Part shown: positions 32,722-42,799 of the stretch, in pieces | Layout of the letters: each line of letters begins with the position of its first letter | Position numbering within the stretch: the stretch's first letter is position 1 | Assembly: GCA_033763905.1 (NCBI GenBank) | Contig: JANRJP010000044.1 | Coordinates: 1 to 64,000, forward strand | Length of the DNA: 64,000 nt | Direction: 5' to 3' | From: Gemmatimonadaceae bacterium | Lineage (GTDB): Bacteria > Gemmatimonadota > Gemmatimonadetes > Gemmatimonadales > Gemmatimonadaceae | The notes under the pieces: generated by a model | What the model was told of the DNA's origin: nothing | Database searches by the model: none | Seen by the model: only the letters and a program-made list of their open reading frames with translations | Made by a program: the position numbers and the translations under genes

Positions 32722-33597
32722 ATGCGACTCGCGCTGACTCCGCTCCTGCTGGTGGCCGCCGTGGCCCCAGCGCTGGCACAGACCACCCCGGCCTCCACCG
32801 CCGCGACGCCCCCGGATCTCGCGACCGCGCGCGCCAATTACGAACGCGACCCCGCGCCGCTCGACCACATCATCTGGTACGGCCGACGCATCGCCTACAC
32901 CGGGGCCTTCGACCAAGCCATCGCGATCTACTCCGAAGGCCTGCGCCGTTACCCAGACGAACCACACCTGCTGCGGCATCGCGGCCATCGGTATCTGTCG
33001 GTGCGCCAGTACGACCTCGCGCTCGCCGATCTGCGTCGCGCCTACGAGGTCACGCGCGGCACGCCTGATGAAGTGGAGCCCGACGGACAGCCCAACGCCC
33101 GCGGCATTCCCACGAGCACGCTACAGTCGAACATCCGCTATCACCTCGCGCTGGCGCATTTCCTCCGCCGCGAGTTCCCCGCGGCCGCCGCGCTGTGGCG
33201 CGAAGACGCCGCGGCCGCCAAGAATCTCGACCAGCGCGTCGCCGCGACGTACTGGTGGGTGCTGTCCCTCGCTCGGGCCGGGGACCGGCGCGGTGCGCAA
33301 CGCGCGCTCGCGCCGATTCGCGCGGACTGGGACATCATCGAGAACGGGAGCTATCACGCCCTGCTGCTGTGGATGAAGGGCGACCGCACGCGGGCACAAC
33401 TGGACGCGTCGATGTCCACGCCGCTCGAGCGGCAAACCATTGGCAACGGCATTGCGCAGTGGTCCTTCGCTACCGGCGATCGGGCCGCGGCCGTGGCCGC
33501 GCTTACGCCCCTGTTGGCGGCTGGCCCGAGCGCGAGCTTCGGCTACCTCGCCGCCGAAGCCTTGGCCGCCGACCTCGGGGTGACGCCGAACCGATGA
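32722..33597 (+). CDS. Exported TPR-like protein
   Basis: Signal peptide and helical repeats (AIAIYSEGL, LRHRGHRY, YHLALAHF). Confidence 0.75.
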   Translation: MRLALTPLLLVAAVAPALAQTTPASTAATPPDLATARANYERDPAPLDHIIWYGRRIAYTGAFDQAIAIYSEGLRRYPDEPHLLRHRGHRYLSVRQYDLALADLRRAYEVTRGTPDEVEPDGQPNARGIPTSTLQSNIRYHLALAHFLRREFPAAAALWREDAAAAKNLDQRVAATYWWVLSLARAGDRRGAQRALAPIRADWDIIENGSYHALLLWMKGDRTRAQLDASMSTPLERQTIGNGIAQWSFATGDRAAAVAALTPLLAAGPSASFGYLAAEALAADLGVTPNR

Positions 33598-34019
33598 CCG
33601 ACGAAGACGCGTATCACGAGATCTGCGCGTATACGCTTACGCTCGGCGACGCCGCCTTCATTCACCAGCACGTAGTTGATGCGTGGGCGGCACAACAGGC
33701 GACGTCCGCGAGCAAACCGATCAAGGTCTGCTTCGCCGTGCTTGGCCTCTACCTGCACGCCGAACACGGGTTCACCGGTCGCGAGGTGCAACTGGCGCAT
33801 ATGCATCTGGCGCGGGCCCCAGAGGCGTGGCCAGTGGGGCCGCTCCCGAGCGCGCGCGGCGACATCACCGCACTGCAGGTGCTTGCCGCCCCACCCGGCG
33901 CGGCACGCGACGCGATGATCTCGGCGTGGGCCGGGGCGGTGTGGTCGGCGTACCTCGACCACCGCCCCGCGATCGATGCGATGCTGCGTCGGCGCGGTGT
34001 GCTGAGAACCCACAGCTAA
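33594..34019 (+). CDS. DUF5946-like protein
   Basis: Motifs FIHQHVVDAWAAQ and WAGAVWSAY. ATGA overlap with the upstream gene. Confidence 0.7.
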   Translation: MTDEDAYHEICAYTLTLGDAAFIHQHVVDAWAAQQATSASKPIKVCFAVLGLYLHAEHGFTGREVQLAHMHLARAPEAWPVGPLPSARGDITALQVLAAPPGAARDAMISAWAGAVWSAYLDHRPAIDAMLRRRGVLRTHS

Positions 34020-34040
34020 GCGGGCCGACTCCGACGCTCC

Positions 34041-34934
34041 CTACGGCAGCGCGAGGTGTTGGCGCAGGAATGCGCTCGCCCAGTTCACGTAGTCCGACAT
34101 CGGCGTCCAGTACCCGTGCGGCGCGCCGGTCAGTGTGCGGAGATCGACGCTGACGCCCACCGCCTGCGCGCGGTCGCGAATCGTGGTCGACTGCGAGTAC
34201 GGCACGGTCTGATCGTTGGTGCCGTGAATGAGCAGCATCGGCGCCTCGCCCGCCTCGACCTCATTGGGATTCAGCATCCCGCCCCAGAAGCTGATGACGG
34301 CGCGCACGGACGAGGACTGCCCCGGCGTGCCGCTGTTCCCTTCCCCCTCGTAGTACGTGGCGCCCAAGGCGGTGTAACCGCCCGCCGAGCCGCCGCCAAT
34401 GGCAATCCGTGTCGGATCGATGCGGTACGTCGTCGCGTTCGCACGCATCCAGCGCACCGCAGCCTTCGCGTCATCCAGTGCGTCGCGGATGGTGCCCGCT
34501 TCATCGGCGGCGACCTGCGCGCTGGTGCGCAAGCGGTACGACAGCGACGCCGTCACGAAGCCGCGCCGAGCAAGCCGCGTGGCGAGGTCGACGATGTTGG
34601 GGTCATTCCGGTTGCCGGAGACGAACCCACCGCCGTGAATCAGCAGCAGCACCGGGCGCGCCGACGCGGTATCGCCAGCCGGCGTGAACAGATCCAGCCG
34701 GAGTGCCGCCGGCGCCGAGGCCCCGAACGGGATCGACGCACCGTACTCGACATTGCGGGTCGCATCGACCGTCGGGAACAGATCCGACACATAGCGTCCC
34801 GGCTCCGACGGCGGCGTGGGGGCCGCCGGATCCACCGGTGCGGGAGGGGCGTCGCTCGAACACGCCGCGAGCCCAACGGCCAGCGCGGCGGCCACGCGGC
34901 GTGGCCAGGAGGGGAGCACAGAGAAGCGCATCAT
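34041..34934 (-). CDS. Lipoprotein carboxylesterase (HSL-like alpha/beta hydrolase)
   Basis: LAAC lipobox and motifs HGGGF, GGSAG and HGTNDQTVP. Confidence 0.85.
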   Translation of the reverse strand: MMRFSVLPSWPRRVAAALAVGLAACSSDAPPAPVDPAAPTPPSEPGRYVSDLFPTVDATRNVEYGASIPFGASAPAALRLDLFTPAGDTASARPVLLLIHGGGFVSGNRNDPNIVDLATRLARRGFVTASLSYRLRTSAQVAADEAGTIRDALDDAKAAVRWMRANATTYRIDPTRIAIGGGSAGGYTALGATYYEGEGNSGTPGQSSSVRAVISFWGGMLNPNEVEAGEAPMLLIHGTNDQTVPYSQSTTIRDRAQAVGVSVDLRTLTGAPHGYWTPMSDYVNWASAFLRQHLALP

Positions 34935-35104
34935 CGTGGCCATACAATGTGAAACGGCGGCCGAGACGTGCCGTGACCGGGGCCACAGTCGGGCCCGATG
35001 GCGTGCGGAGCTCGTTTCGTGGCTGGCGGCACTATCACATCCGGAAAACGCTCGCGCCGCCGTCGGCGTGATGCCGCCGCCTCGACCGGAGCACATACTT
35101 TGTG

Positions 35105-35527
35105 ATGTTGTTCCCCCCACAGCCGCCGGCCCCTCCCTCCTGGCCTCCCGTGCGTCCTCGACACGGCGTCACGCTGCTCGAACTGATGGTCGTGCTCGTC
35201 ATTCTCGGGCTTGCCGCTGCGGTGGTCGCGCCGGCGTTCGGATCGTTGCGAGCGGAGCCCGACACCGCGTCCGCATTTGCCATCGCCAAGGCGCACGCCA
35301 CGCGACGAGGCGATCCGCTGCGCTTGTCGCTGGACGCGTCGGGCCGCTGGCAGCTCAGTGCCCACGGCGACACGACCGCCACCGCAATCGCCCAAGGAGC
35401 CGACACGAGCGGTGTCGCCGGCGAGTGGTTGATCTCGCCCGCCGGCCACTGCCTACCGCTCCGCTCGGCCAGCCTGCCCAGCACGGCAGCGGTGTGGGAT
35501 CCGATCCGCTGTGTGGCGGCCCGCTGA
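35105..35527 (+). CDS. gspH: T2SS minor pseudopilin H-like
   Basis: G|VTLLELMVVLVILG type IV pilin N-terminus. Confidence 0.7.
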   Translation: MLFPPQPPAPPSWPPVRPRHGVTLLELMVVLVILGLAAAVVAPAFGSLRAEPDTASAFAIAKAHATRRGDPLRLSLDASGRWQLSAHGDTTATAIAQGADTSGVAGEWLISPAGHCLPLRSASLPSTAAVWDPIRCVAAR

Positions 35528-35539
35528 GCAGGCTACACG

Positions 35540-35854
35540 ATGACGTTGCTCGAATCGCTCGTCGCGCTGGTCGTGCTTGGGCTCTCGGCGTTGGGATTTT
35601 TGGAGCTGTTCCAGCAAGTCGCCGCCCGCACGGCCGCAACAGCGGGTCGAGCCGAGGTCTTGGCGATCGCCGAAGCCACGATGGAGCGGGCCTTGAGTGA
35701 CCGCGCCACGCTGGCCCCCGCGCTGCGCGATTCCGCCGGATATCGTCAGCGGCTCGATGTGCAGCCGCATCCGACCGGACTGCTCGAGGTCGTGGTGACG
35801 GTGGAGCACGCGCGCGACGGACGCGTGACCTTGCACCGCTTGGTGGCCCGCTGA
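35540..35854 (+). CDS. gspI: T2SS minor pseudopilin I-like
   Basis: MTLLESLVALVVLG, short length, located between H- and J-like genes. Confidence 0.7.
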   Translation: MTLLESLVALVVLGLSALGFLELFQQVAARTAATAGRAEVLAIAEATMERALSDRATLAPALRDSAGYRQRLDVQPHPTGLLEVVVTVEHARDGRVTLHRLVAR

Positions 35855-36462
35855 TGCGGCGCCCGCTGCTGCGTCGCCGACCACGGAGGACAGGGCCGCG
35901 CGCCTTCACGCTGCTCGAAGTGATGATCGCGCTCGTCATCACCGGCCTCGTCACCAGCATCGGCTACGCCACGCTCACGAGCGGCTTCGATGTGCAACGG
36001 CGCACCGCCGAGGTGCGCGACCGCGTGACGCACCAGGCCGCGGCGCGGGAGTTCCTGCGCGACGCGCTGCGACACGCCGTCGAAGGCGCGACGGCCGGCG
36101 AGGGGTGGCAGCTCGCGACCGACCCGACCGGGCGCACCGCGCGGTTTGCGTTTCTCACCCGAGGCATCGGGTCGCGTCGTGGGGCGAGCGGCCAATGGCA
36201 GGTGGTGCTGAGTGCGCGCGACAGCGTGCTCTGGCTGATGGCGACCTCGCTCGAGGCCTCGCTGCCGCCGATCGCGTTCCCGGTGGCGGACGCGACCGCG
36301 ATGCGCGTCACGGCGATGAGCGTCAGTGATCGTCGTTGGCAAGCAGGATGGAGCGACGGCACACGGCTACCGTCGGCGATTGCCGTGGAACTGCTTGACG
36401 CGGCCGATGCCCCGATCGGCCCGCCCATCATTGCGCGGCGCCACGCGCTGGAGAGCTGGTGA
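35854..36462 (+). CDS. gspJ: T2SS minor pseudopilin J-like
   Basis: RA|FTLLEVMIALVITG and C-terminal LPSAIAVEL. Confidence 0.75.
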   Translation: MRRPLLRRRPRRTGPRAFTLLEVMIALVITGLVTSIGYATLTSGFDVQRRTAEVRDRVTHQAAAREFLRDALRHAVEGATAGEGWQLATDPTGRTARFAFLTRGIGSRRGASGQWQVVLSARDSVLWLMATSLEASLPPIAFPVADATAMRVTAMSVSDRRWQAGWSDGTRLPSAIAVELLDAADAPIGPPIIARRHALESW

Positions 36463-37226
36463 CGCGCGCGCGGGAGGGCGATCGTCGCGGCGCCACGTTG
36501 GTGCTGGTGCTCTGGCTGCTGCTCCTCACCGGCGGCTTGGCGGCAGGCGTGACGACCGCCGCGCGCAGCGCGACATCGGCGGCCGGTGGCCAGGCGGCGC
36601 GGGTGCACGCGCGCTACGCCGCCGAGAGTGGCGTGGAAGCGGCGGTCGTGACGCTGACTGGCGCGCTGCAGACGAGCGAAGCGAACCCCGTCGCGCGACG
36701 CGCGATGGTGTCGCGCCTCGACGAGACGGTGCGCGCAACCCTCGGCGACTCGATCGCCGTGGGCGCGCACTGGGCGCGGGTGGCGGTCGTCGATGCGTCC
36801 GCGCGGCTCGATCTCAACCTGGCCGACTCGGCGTCGTTGGTGCGCCTGCTGGCGCAGGCGGGTTCCGTGGACGCCGCAGTGCGTACCGTGCGTGCCCTGC
36901 GCGAGGCCATTCGGGGGGACGGTCGCGTGGCGCGGCCACTCACGTCGCTCGATGACGCCACCGCGATTCCCGGCGTGGACATCGCATTGCTCGAACGCGT
37001 GGCGTCCGATCTCACCGTCGATGGCGACGGGCAGGTGAACGTCACCACCGCCTCGCCGGCCGTGCTCGCGGCGGCGAGCGGCGGGCGCGTCGTCGAGCCG
37101 ACGCGGATTCTGCTCATTGCGCGAGGATGGACGGTCGGGCATCCTGCGACGGTGGAGATTCAGGCCGTGTACGCTCTCGAGGGCACGCGATTGACGTTGG
37201 TGCGCTGGCGGGAACAGGAGCGATGA
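36459..37226 (+). CDS. gspK: T2SS minor pseudopilin K
   Basis: G|ATLVLVLW with no Glu+5, plus AAESG, DASARLDLN and VNVTTAS. Confidence 0.8.
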   Translation: MTRAREGDRRGATLVLVLWLLLLTGGLAAGVTTAARSATSAAGGQAARVHARYAAESGVEAAVVTLTGALQTSEANPVARRAMVSRLDETVRATLGDSIAVGAHWARVAVVDASARLDLNLADSASLVRLLAQAGSVDAAVRTVRALREAIRGDGRVARPLTSLDDATAIPGVDIALLERVASDLTVDGDGQVNVTTASPAVLAAASGGRVVEPTRILLIARGWTVGHPATVEIQAVYALEGTRLTLVRWREQER

Positions 37227-38398
37227 TCATCGCCGCGCTGGTCCTGCAGCACGACGCTCTGCGCGTCGCCATTCGCCAGTCGTCCTGGCGTGGCGCATCG
37301 CTGCGCACCCGCACGATCCCGCTGGCGTCCGCCGACGAGCCCGCCGCCGTCATCGCGCGACTGGTGGCCGACGAAGGCCCGGCGCGACGCGTGCTGGTCG
37401 CCGTGGGGCTGGATCAGCTGCACGTGAAGCAGGTGCAACTCCCGCCCGTGGCGCGCGACGACAAGCATCGGATGCTGACCGTGGACCCACCGCGCTGGTT
37501 CGCGGTACCTCCCGACGCGTCGCTCGCGATCGCGCTGGCTCCGGGCGATGACGTGGCGTTCGGTGTGTCCGCCGAGTGGCTCGACCGCTGGATCGCCGCC
37601 GCCGAGGCCTGGGGCCCCGTCGAACGCGTGGAGGCTGCACCGCTGGCCTTGGCACGGCAACTCGCCCGTTCCGGCATTCGCGACGGCGTCGTGGCTGTCG
37701 ACGCCGCGCCCGGCGAGTCGGGGCGGATGACACTCGTCGCGGGACGCGTCACGCAGGTGCGGCGCAGCGTGCACGCGTCGGGTGCCGCGAGCGGCACCAC
37801 CGAGCCGCTGCGCGCCGTGCCCGACGACGGGTTCGACACCGCACGTGGCCTGCTGGCTCCGCACGCGACGGATCGCGCCGCCGCACTCGAGACGCCGGCC
37901 CACGCCGCGCGACTGACGCGCCGGCTCCGGTGGCGACTCGGCGTCGCGGTCGCCGCCGCCGCGGCCGCGCTGCTGTTGACCGTCCTGGCCTGGGACAACG
38001 CGCGGGCGAGACGGCTCGCGTGGCTCGAGGCTGAAATCGCGCGCGCGCGCGTGATCGCGGCGCCCACGCTCGCACAGCTCGACAGTATTCGCGCGCTCGA
38101 CGCCGAAGTGGCGTTGATCGACGGCGTTGCGTCCACCCGCGGCGATGTGCTGGCCCCGCTCGGCGCCCTGAGCGACCAACTCCCGAGCGGCGCGGTGGCG
38201 CAACGCATTCGCCTCGCGGCCGGTGAGGGACAGATCGATGGCAGCGCGCCGTCGGCGGCTCGCGTCCTCGATGCCCTGACCGCCGGCGCCACCTTTCGCA
38301 ATGTGCGCTTCCTCGGCCCCACCGCGCGCGTCGCCGGTGGCGAGGCCCGCGGCGCCACCCCTCGCGAGACCTACTCCATTGGCCTTGCGCTTCGCTGA
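37223..38398 (+). CDS. gspL: T2SS GspL/PilN-like protein
   Basis: Cytoplasmic domain, single TM helix and PilN-like C-terminus (LSDQLP, FRNVRF), in the expected operon position. Confidence 0.65.
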   Translation: MIIAALVLQHDALRVAIRQSSWRGASLRTRTIPLASADEPAAVIARLVADEGPARRVLVAVGLDQLHVKQVQLPPVARDDKHRMLTVDPPRWFAVPPDASLAIALAPGDDVAFGVSAEWLDRWIAAAEAWGPVERVEAAPLALARQLARSGIRDGVVAVDAAPGESGRMTLVAGRVTQVRRSVHASGAASGTTEPLRAVPDDGFDTARGLLAPHATDRAAALETPAHAARLTRRLRWRLGVAVAAAAAALLLTVLAWDNARARRLAWLEAEIARARVIAAPTLAQLDSIRALDAEVALIDGVASTRGDVLAPLGALSDQLPSGAVAQRIRLAAGEGQIDGSAPSAARVLDALTAGATFRNVRFLGPTARVAGGEARGATPRETYSIGLALR

Positions 38399-38402
38399 CC
38401 GG

Positions 38403-38963
38403 ATGAATGCTCGCGACCGCCGCGCGCTCCGCTGGGGCGCGGCCGCGTCTGCGCTGGTGGTGCTGGCCGCCATCGCGCTCCCGCTGGCGCGTCGGGTCGC
38501 CGAGCGCGAAGCCCTGATCGACGCGCGCACGACGGAACTGGCCCGCCTGCGCGGCGTAATCGCCGATTCCGGCTCGGTGCCCGCTGCGCTGTCGTTGCGA
38601 CAGACGCGCAACGCGCAGCTCACCCAGCGGCCGATTCGCAGCGAAACCTTCGCGACCGCCGCCGGCGTGTTGCAGACGCTGTTGCAGCAGTATGCCGACG
38701 AGAGCCAACTCACGGTCGCGCAGCTCGATGCCGCCGGGGCGGCCGACAGCACCTCGAATGGGGCCGCCGCCTTGCCCGCCACGCTCGTCGCAACGGGCGA
38801 CCTGTACGGGGTGCGCGACCTGCTCTCGCGCCTCGAGCGCGGCGCGGTGCTGTTGGAGGTCCGTGAGCTGACGGTGCAGGCCCTGCCCGGGCAGCTCGGT
38901 GCGTCCGGGCACGAGCGCTTGCAGGTGACGGTCGTCCTGCGCGCGCCGGTGATGGTCGAATGA
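38403..38963 (+). CDS. gspM: T2SS GspM-like protein
   Basis: MNARDRRAL, N-terminal TM helix and ferredoxin-like C-terminus. Confidence 0.65.
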   Translation: MNARDRRALRWGAAASALVVLAAIALPLARRVAEREALIDARTTELARLRGVIADSGSVPAALSLRQTRNAQLTQRPIRSETFATAAGVLQTLLQQYADESQLTVAQLDAAGAADSTSNGAAALPATLVATGDLYGVRDLLSRLERGAVLLEVRELTVQALPGQLGASGHERLQVTVVLRAPVMVE

Positions 38964-39502
38964 CGCCGCCCGATCGCGTGCGGTGGCTGTGGAGCACGGC
39001 GGGCGTCGCCGCCGTCGGCACGCTCGTGGCCCTCGTCTTCCCCGTGAGTCGCGTGCCGGCCGGCGTCGCGCCGCGCATCGCGCCGCTCAGCACCGATGCG
39101 GCTCCGGGCACCTCGATCTCGGCCGTCGCTCCCGATGCTGGTGACCCGTTCGTCGCCCGGAATCCGTTTCACCCGAGCCGACGGCCGCCCGCGGAGCGCG
39201 AGTTCCTCACGCTGGGCGATACCTTCCCCGAACCGAGTGCGATGAGTGCCGACAGCGGCGTCGCACCCGATCCCGCAACCGTGGCCGAGCAGGTGCCCGC
39301 CTTGTTCGGTATCGTGGACACGCCATCCGGTCGCCGTGCGTTGCTGCGACTGGACGCCGAGAAGACGCGAGCCGCGCTCTTCGGCGTCGGCGACGGCACG
39401 GCGGGGTGGCGGGTGCTGTCGATTGGTCTCGATGCCGTAACGCTCGAAGGTCCCGAGGGACGGCAGGTGGTCTCGCTGTCGTCCCGTCTCCGACTTCCCT
39501 GA
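38960..39502 (+). CDS. T2SS GspC/N-like accessory protein
   Basis: N-terminal TM helix, RNPFHPSRRP and LFGIV...RALL...GWRVLSI. Confidence 0.55.
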   Translation: MTPPDRVRWLWSTAGVAAVGTLVALVFPVSRVPAGVAPRIAPLSTDAAPGTSISAVAPDAGDPFVARNPFHPSRRPPAEREFLTLGDTFPEPSAMSADSGVAPDPATVAEQVPALFGIVDTPSGRRALLRLDAEKTRAALFGVGDGTAGWRVLSIGLDAVTLEGPEGRQVVSLSSRLRLP

Positions 39503-41313
39503 TGGCTTTGCTCCTCACGCTTCCCCCTCGCTGTGTTGCGCGTCGAGGCCTCCTGGCCCTGACGGTGTTGTGCGTCGCGCCTTCGGTCCGTCCGCTCGAC
39601 GCACAGGCGGCCCCGCCCGCCGCGACGCGCAGCGGGACTACCACGCTGCGGTTTCTCGACGCGCGGCTCGACGACGTCATTGCCTCGCTCGGTCAGTTGA
39701 TGGGGCTCGCGATCATCACGAGCGACATTCCCGACAAGCGCGTGTCACTGCAAACGCCGGGGCCGGTCCCGCTCAGCTCGCTGGGAGGCGTACTCGAGAC
39801 GCTGCTCGAGTCGAACGGCCTCGTGCTGGTCCGCAGCGGCAGCGTCGCGCAGGTGGTGCCAGCGGCGCAGGCCCCGGCCACGGCGGAAGTGGGTGTGGGC
39901 TATGACCTGCCCGATCCGCCGCCGCTGGGCCTCGTGGCGCGGCTGGTGCCGCTCAAGTTCTTGCGGCCCGACGAAGCGATCGCCGCCCTGCGCCCGGTGG
40001 CGAGCCAAACCGCTCGCCTCGAAGCCGTCGCACGCCAGAACGCAATCCTGGTGTCCGATCGCGGCGCCAACGTGGCGCGCTACCTCCAGCTGCTGCAGCG
40101 CGTCGACGTTCCCGCGCAGGGCGAAAACGGCCTCCGGACCTACGTGATCTCGCTCAAGTACGCGGTGGCCGAAGACCTTGCCGCGACGCTGGGCCAACTC
40201 TACGGCGTGAATGTGAGCGGCGGCCGGCGCGGATCGCTCGACGACCGCGCCCTGTCGCGGAGCCTCGAGAACTTCCGGTCGCGGGAATCGGAGACCTTCC
40301 GCACCCGGCAGTCACCGACGACCGCCGGTGCGCCCGCGGCGACGACGGGCGGCGATTCCACTCGTGGGCCGGGTGCCCTGGTCGGCCAGACGACGATCGT
40401 CGCCTCGCCACCGGGCAATGCGCTCGTCATTCGCACCGCACCGCCGAACATCGCGCTGCTGCGCGAAACCATCGACTCCCTCGACCGTCGGCCGGCGCAG
40501 GTGCTGCTCGAAGTCACGGTCGCGGAAGTGAACTTGGGACGCGGCCTCGAGTACGGCATCGATTGGGCGGCCGCTTCGGCCAACGCGCGTACGCAAGGCG
40601 GTGTGCAGTTCGGCACGCCGATCGCGCCCGACTCCTTCACGGTGATCGACGACGTGCTGGCCAAGGTCACGCGCCTCGGCTCGGTCGATGTGCGCGCCGT
40701 CCTGCGGGCCATCTCGTCAACCTCGCAGGTGAAGGTACTGAGCACGCCCGAAGTCTTCGCGGTGAACAACCGCGAGGCCCGCATCCTCGTGGGCAGCCGC
40801 TTTCCGTTCATCGCGTCGACGCGGCTCGGCAACGACGTGTCGATCGATCGCGCCGTGCAGTACGAGCAAGTGGGCACGCAGCTCACGATCGTCCCGACCA
40901 TCAACGACGACGGCTACGTCAGCGTGCAGTTGCTCCAGGAAGTGAGCACGCTGACCCAGCAGACCGTCGCCGCCGCGCTCAATGCGCCGGTGATTGCCAC
41001 GCGCGAAGCCGCCACCCGCGCGATCGTGCGCGACGGCCAGACGGCGGTCATTGGCGGGCTGATCGGCACCACGGACGAGGTGATCGAAAGCGGCGTCCCG
41101 CTGTTGCGCGAGATCCCCCTGCTCGGCTGGCTGTTCAAGCGCAAGGAGACCAACCGGCAGCGCACCGAGCTCGCGATCTTCATCACGCCGTACATCGTGC
41201 GCACGGATGCCGAAGCCGACGCGCTGTTGCAGCGCGCGCGGCAACGCACGGAGCAACCGGAAGGCGGTGATGCCCGCAACACGCCGCGTCCCGCGCGGCC
41301 GCCCAGCCGGTAG
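39502..41313 (+). CDS. gspD: T2SS secretin
   Basis: Motifs LDRRPAQVLLEV, NNREARILVG, VIGGLI, VPLLREIPLLGWLF and ELAIFITP. Confidence 0.93.
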   Translation: MALLLTLPPRCVARRGLLALTVLCVAPSVRPLDAQAAPPAATRSGTTTLRFLDARLDDVIASLGQLMGLAIITSDIPDKRVSLQTPGPVPLSSLGGVLETLLESNGLVLVRSGSVAQVVPAAQAPATAEVGVGYDLPDPPPLGLVARLVPLKFLRPDEAIAALRPVASQTARLEAVARQNAILVSDRGANVARYLQLLQRVDVPAQGENGLRTYVISLKYAVAEDLAATLGQLYGVNVSGGRRGSLDDRALSRSLENFRSRESETFRTRQSPTTAGAPAATTGGDSTRGPGALVGQTTIVASPPGNALVIRTAPPNIALLRETIDSLDRRPAQVLLEVTVAEVNLGRGLEYGIDWAAASANARTQGGVQFGTPIAPDSFTVIDDVLAKVTRLGSVDVRAVLRAISSTSQVKVLSTPEVFAVNNREARILVGSRFPFIASTRLGNDVSIDRAVQYEQVGTQLTIVPTINDDGYVSVQLLQEVSTLTQQTVAAALNAPVIATREAATRAIVRDGQTAVIGGLIGTTDEVIESGVPLLREIPLLGWLFKRKETNRQRTELAIFITPYIVRTDAEADALLQRARQRTEQPEGGDARNTPRPARPPSR

Positions 41314-41320
41314 GCCCTCG

Positions 41321-42799
41321 ATGCGCGACACCGTCGTCCGCGATCTGCGCGAAGCCGCCGTCGGGCCCTGGGCCCGACGGCTGTCGCCGCGGTACCTATC
41401 GGAGCACGTCCTGCTCCCGCTCGGCGCGGATGCCTCGGGCACGGTGATCGTGGCGGCGGCCGAGCCGCCCGATGCGACGGTGCTCGATGAACTCGCGCGC
41501 CTCTTCGGCGCCGGCGTGCGATGGGAAGCGCATCCTGCGGGCGCCATTCAGGCCGCGATCCTGGCGGCCGAACGCGAGGTGCCGGCCGCGACAGCCGGTG
41601 ATGCGGCGGACGCACCGCTCGACGACCTGCGTGCGCTGGCCGCGCAGGAGCCGGTGATTCGGCTGGTGAACGTGACGCTCCTCGACGCCTTCACCGCTGG
41701 CGCGAGCGACGTGCACATCGAGCCCGGCGCCGACGACCTGCGGGTCCGCGTGCGGCTCGACGGCGTACTTCGCGAGATGACCCGCATCGGCAAGCAGCAT
41801 CAGGCGGCCGTGTTGTCCCGCATCAAGATTATGGCGGGACTCGACATCGCCGAACGCCGACGCGCGCAGGACGGGCGGTTGCGGATTCGTGTGGCCGAGC
41901 GCGATGTGGACCTGCGCGTGTCGACGCTGCCGGGACTCCACGGCGAAGGCATCGTCCTGCGGCTCTTGGACCCCGGCACGACCACGCCCGACCTGGGCAC
42001 CTTGGGAATGCCGGCCGCGGTGCGGTCCGGCGTGGAGCGCGTGCTATCGGGGACTGGCGGGCTGGTGCTCGTGACCGGCCCCACCGGCTCGGGCAAGACC
42101 ACCACGCTCTATGCCGCGCTCGCGCGACGCAACACGACCGACGTGAAGATCATCACGGTCGAAGATCCAATCGAGTATCGCATCGCCGGCGTGACGCAGA
42201 TTCCCGTGAGCCCGAAAGCGGGGATGGGCTTCCCGACGGCGCTCCGTGCAATGCTGCGCCACGATCCGGATGTGATTATGGTCGGCGAATTGCGCGATGC
42301 CGAGACGGCGTCGATCGCGATTCAAGCGGCGCTCACGGGCCATCTGGTCCTGTCGACGCTGCACACGACCGATGCGCCTGGCGCCGTCACTCGGCTGATC
42401 GATATGGGGGTCGAGCCCTTCTTGGTGGCGGGCACCCTGCAGGGCGTGCTCGCGCAGCGTCTGGTTCGTGTGCTCTGCGACGCCTGCGCCGAGTCGCGGC
42501 CCGTCACGGCGGCCGAGCGCCAACGGTGGGGCGATGCGCCCGCCACGCCACGGCGCGCCGTGGGATGCGCGGCCTGTGCCGGCAGCGGGTACAAGGGACG
42601 ACGCGGGGTGTTCGAATGGCTGGTGCCGGGCGAAACCCTCCGCGCGCGGATTGTCGCTGGCGACTCGCCCGACCAACTCCGCGTCCAGGCGCATCGGGAC
42701 GGAACCGTTCCGCTGGTCCACGAAGCGTGGCGCCTCGTGCGCGAAGGCATCACCACGCCCGAGGAAGTCGCCCGCGTGATCGGGAGCGACGACGCGTGA
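41321..42799 (+). CDS. gspE: T2SS assembly ATPase
   Basis: Motifs ASDVHIEP, LDIAERRRAQDG, GPTGSGKTT, TVEDPIE, LRHDPDVIMVGE and two CxxC. Confidence 0.95.
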   Translation: MRDTVVRDLREAAVGPWARRLSPRYLSEHVLLPLGADASGTVIVAAAEPPDATVLDELARLFGAGVRWEAHPAGAIQAAILAAEREVPAATAGDAADAPLDDLRALAAQEPVIRLVNVTLLDAFTAGASDVHIEPGADDLRVRVRLDGVLREMTRIGKQHQAAVLSRIKIMAGLDIAERRRAQDGRLRIRVAERDVDLRVSTLPGLHGEGIVLRLLDPGTTTPDLGTLGMPAAVRSGVERVLSGTGGLVLVTGPTGSGKTTTLYAALARRNTTDVKIITVEDPIEYRIAGVTQIPVSPKAGMGFPTALRAMLRHDPDVIMVGELRDAETASIAIQAALTGHLVLSTLHTTDAPGAVTRLIDMGVEPFLVAGTLQGVLAQRLVRVLCDACAESRPVTAAERQRWGDAPATPRRAVGCAACAGSGYKGRRGVFEWLVPGETLRARIVAGDSPDQLRVQAHRDGTVPLVHEAWRLVREGITTPEEVARVIGSDDA

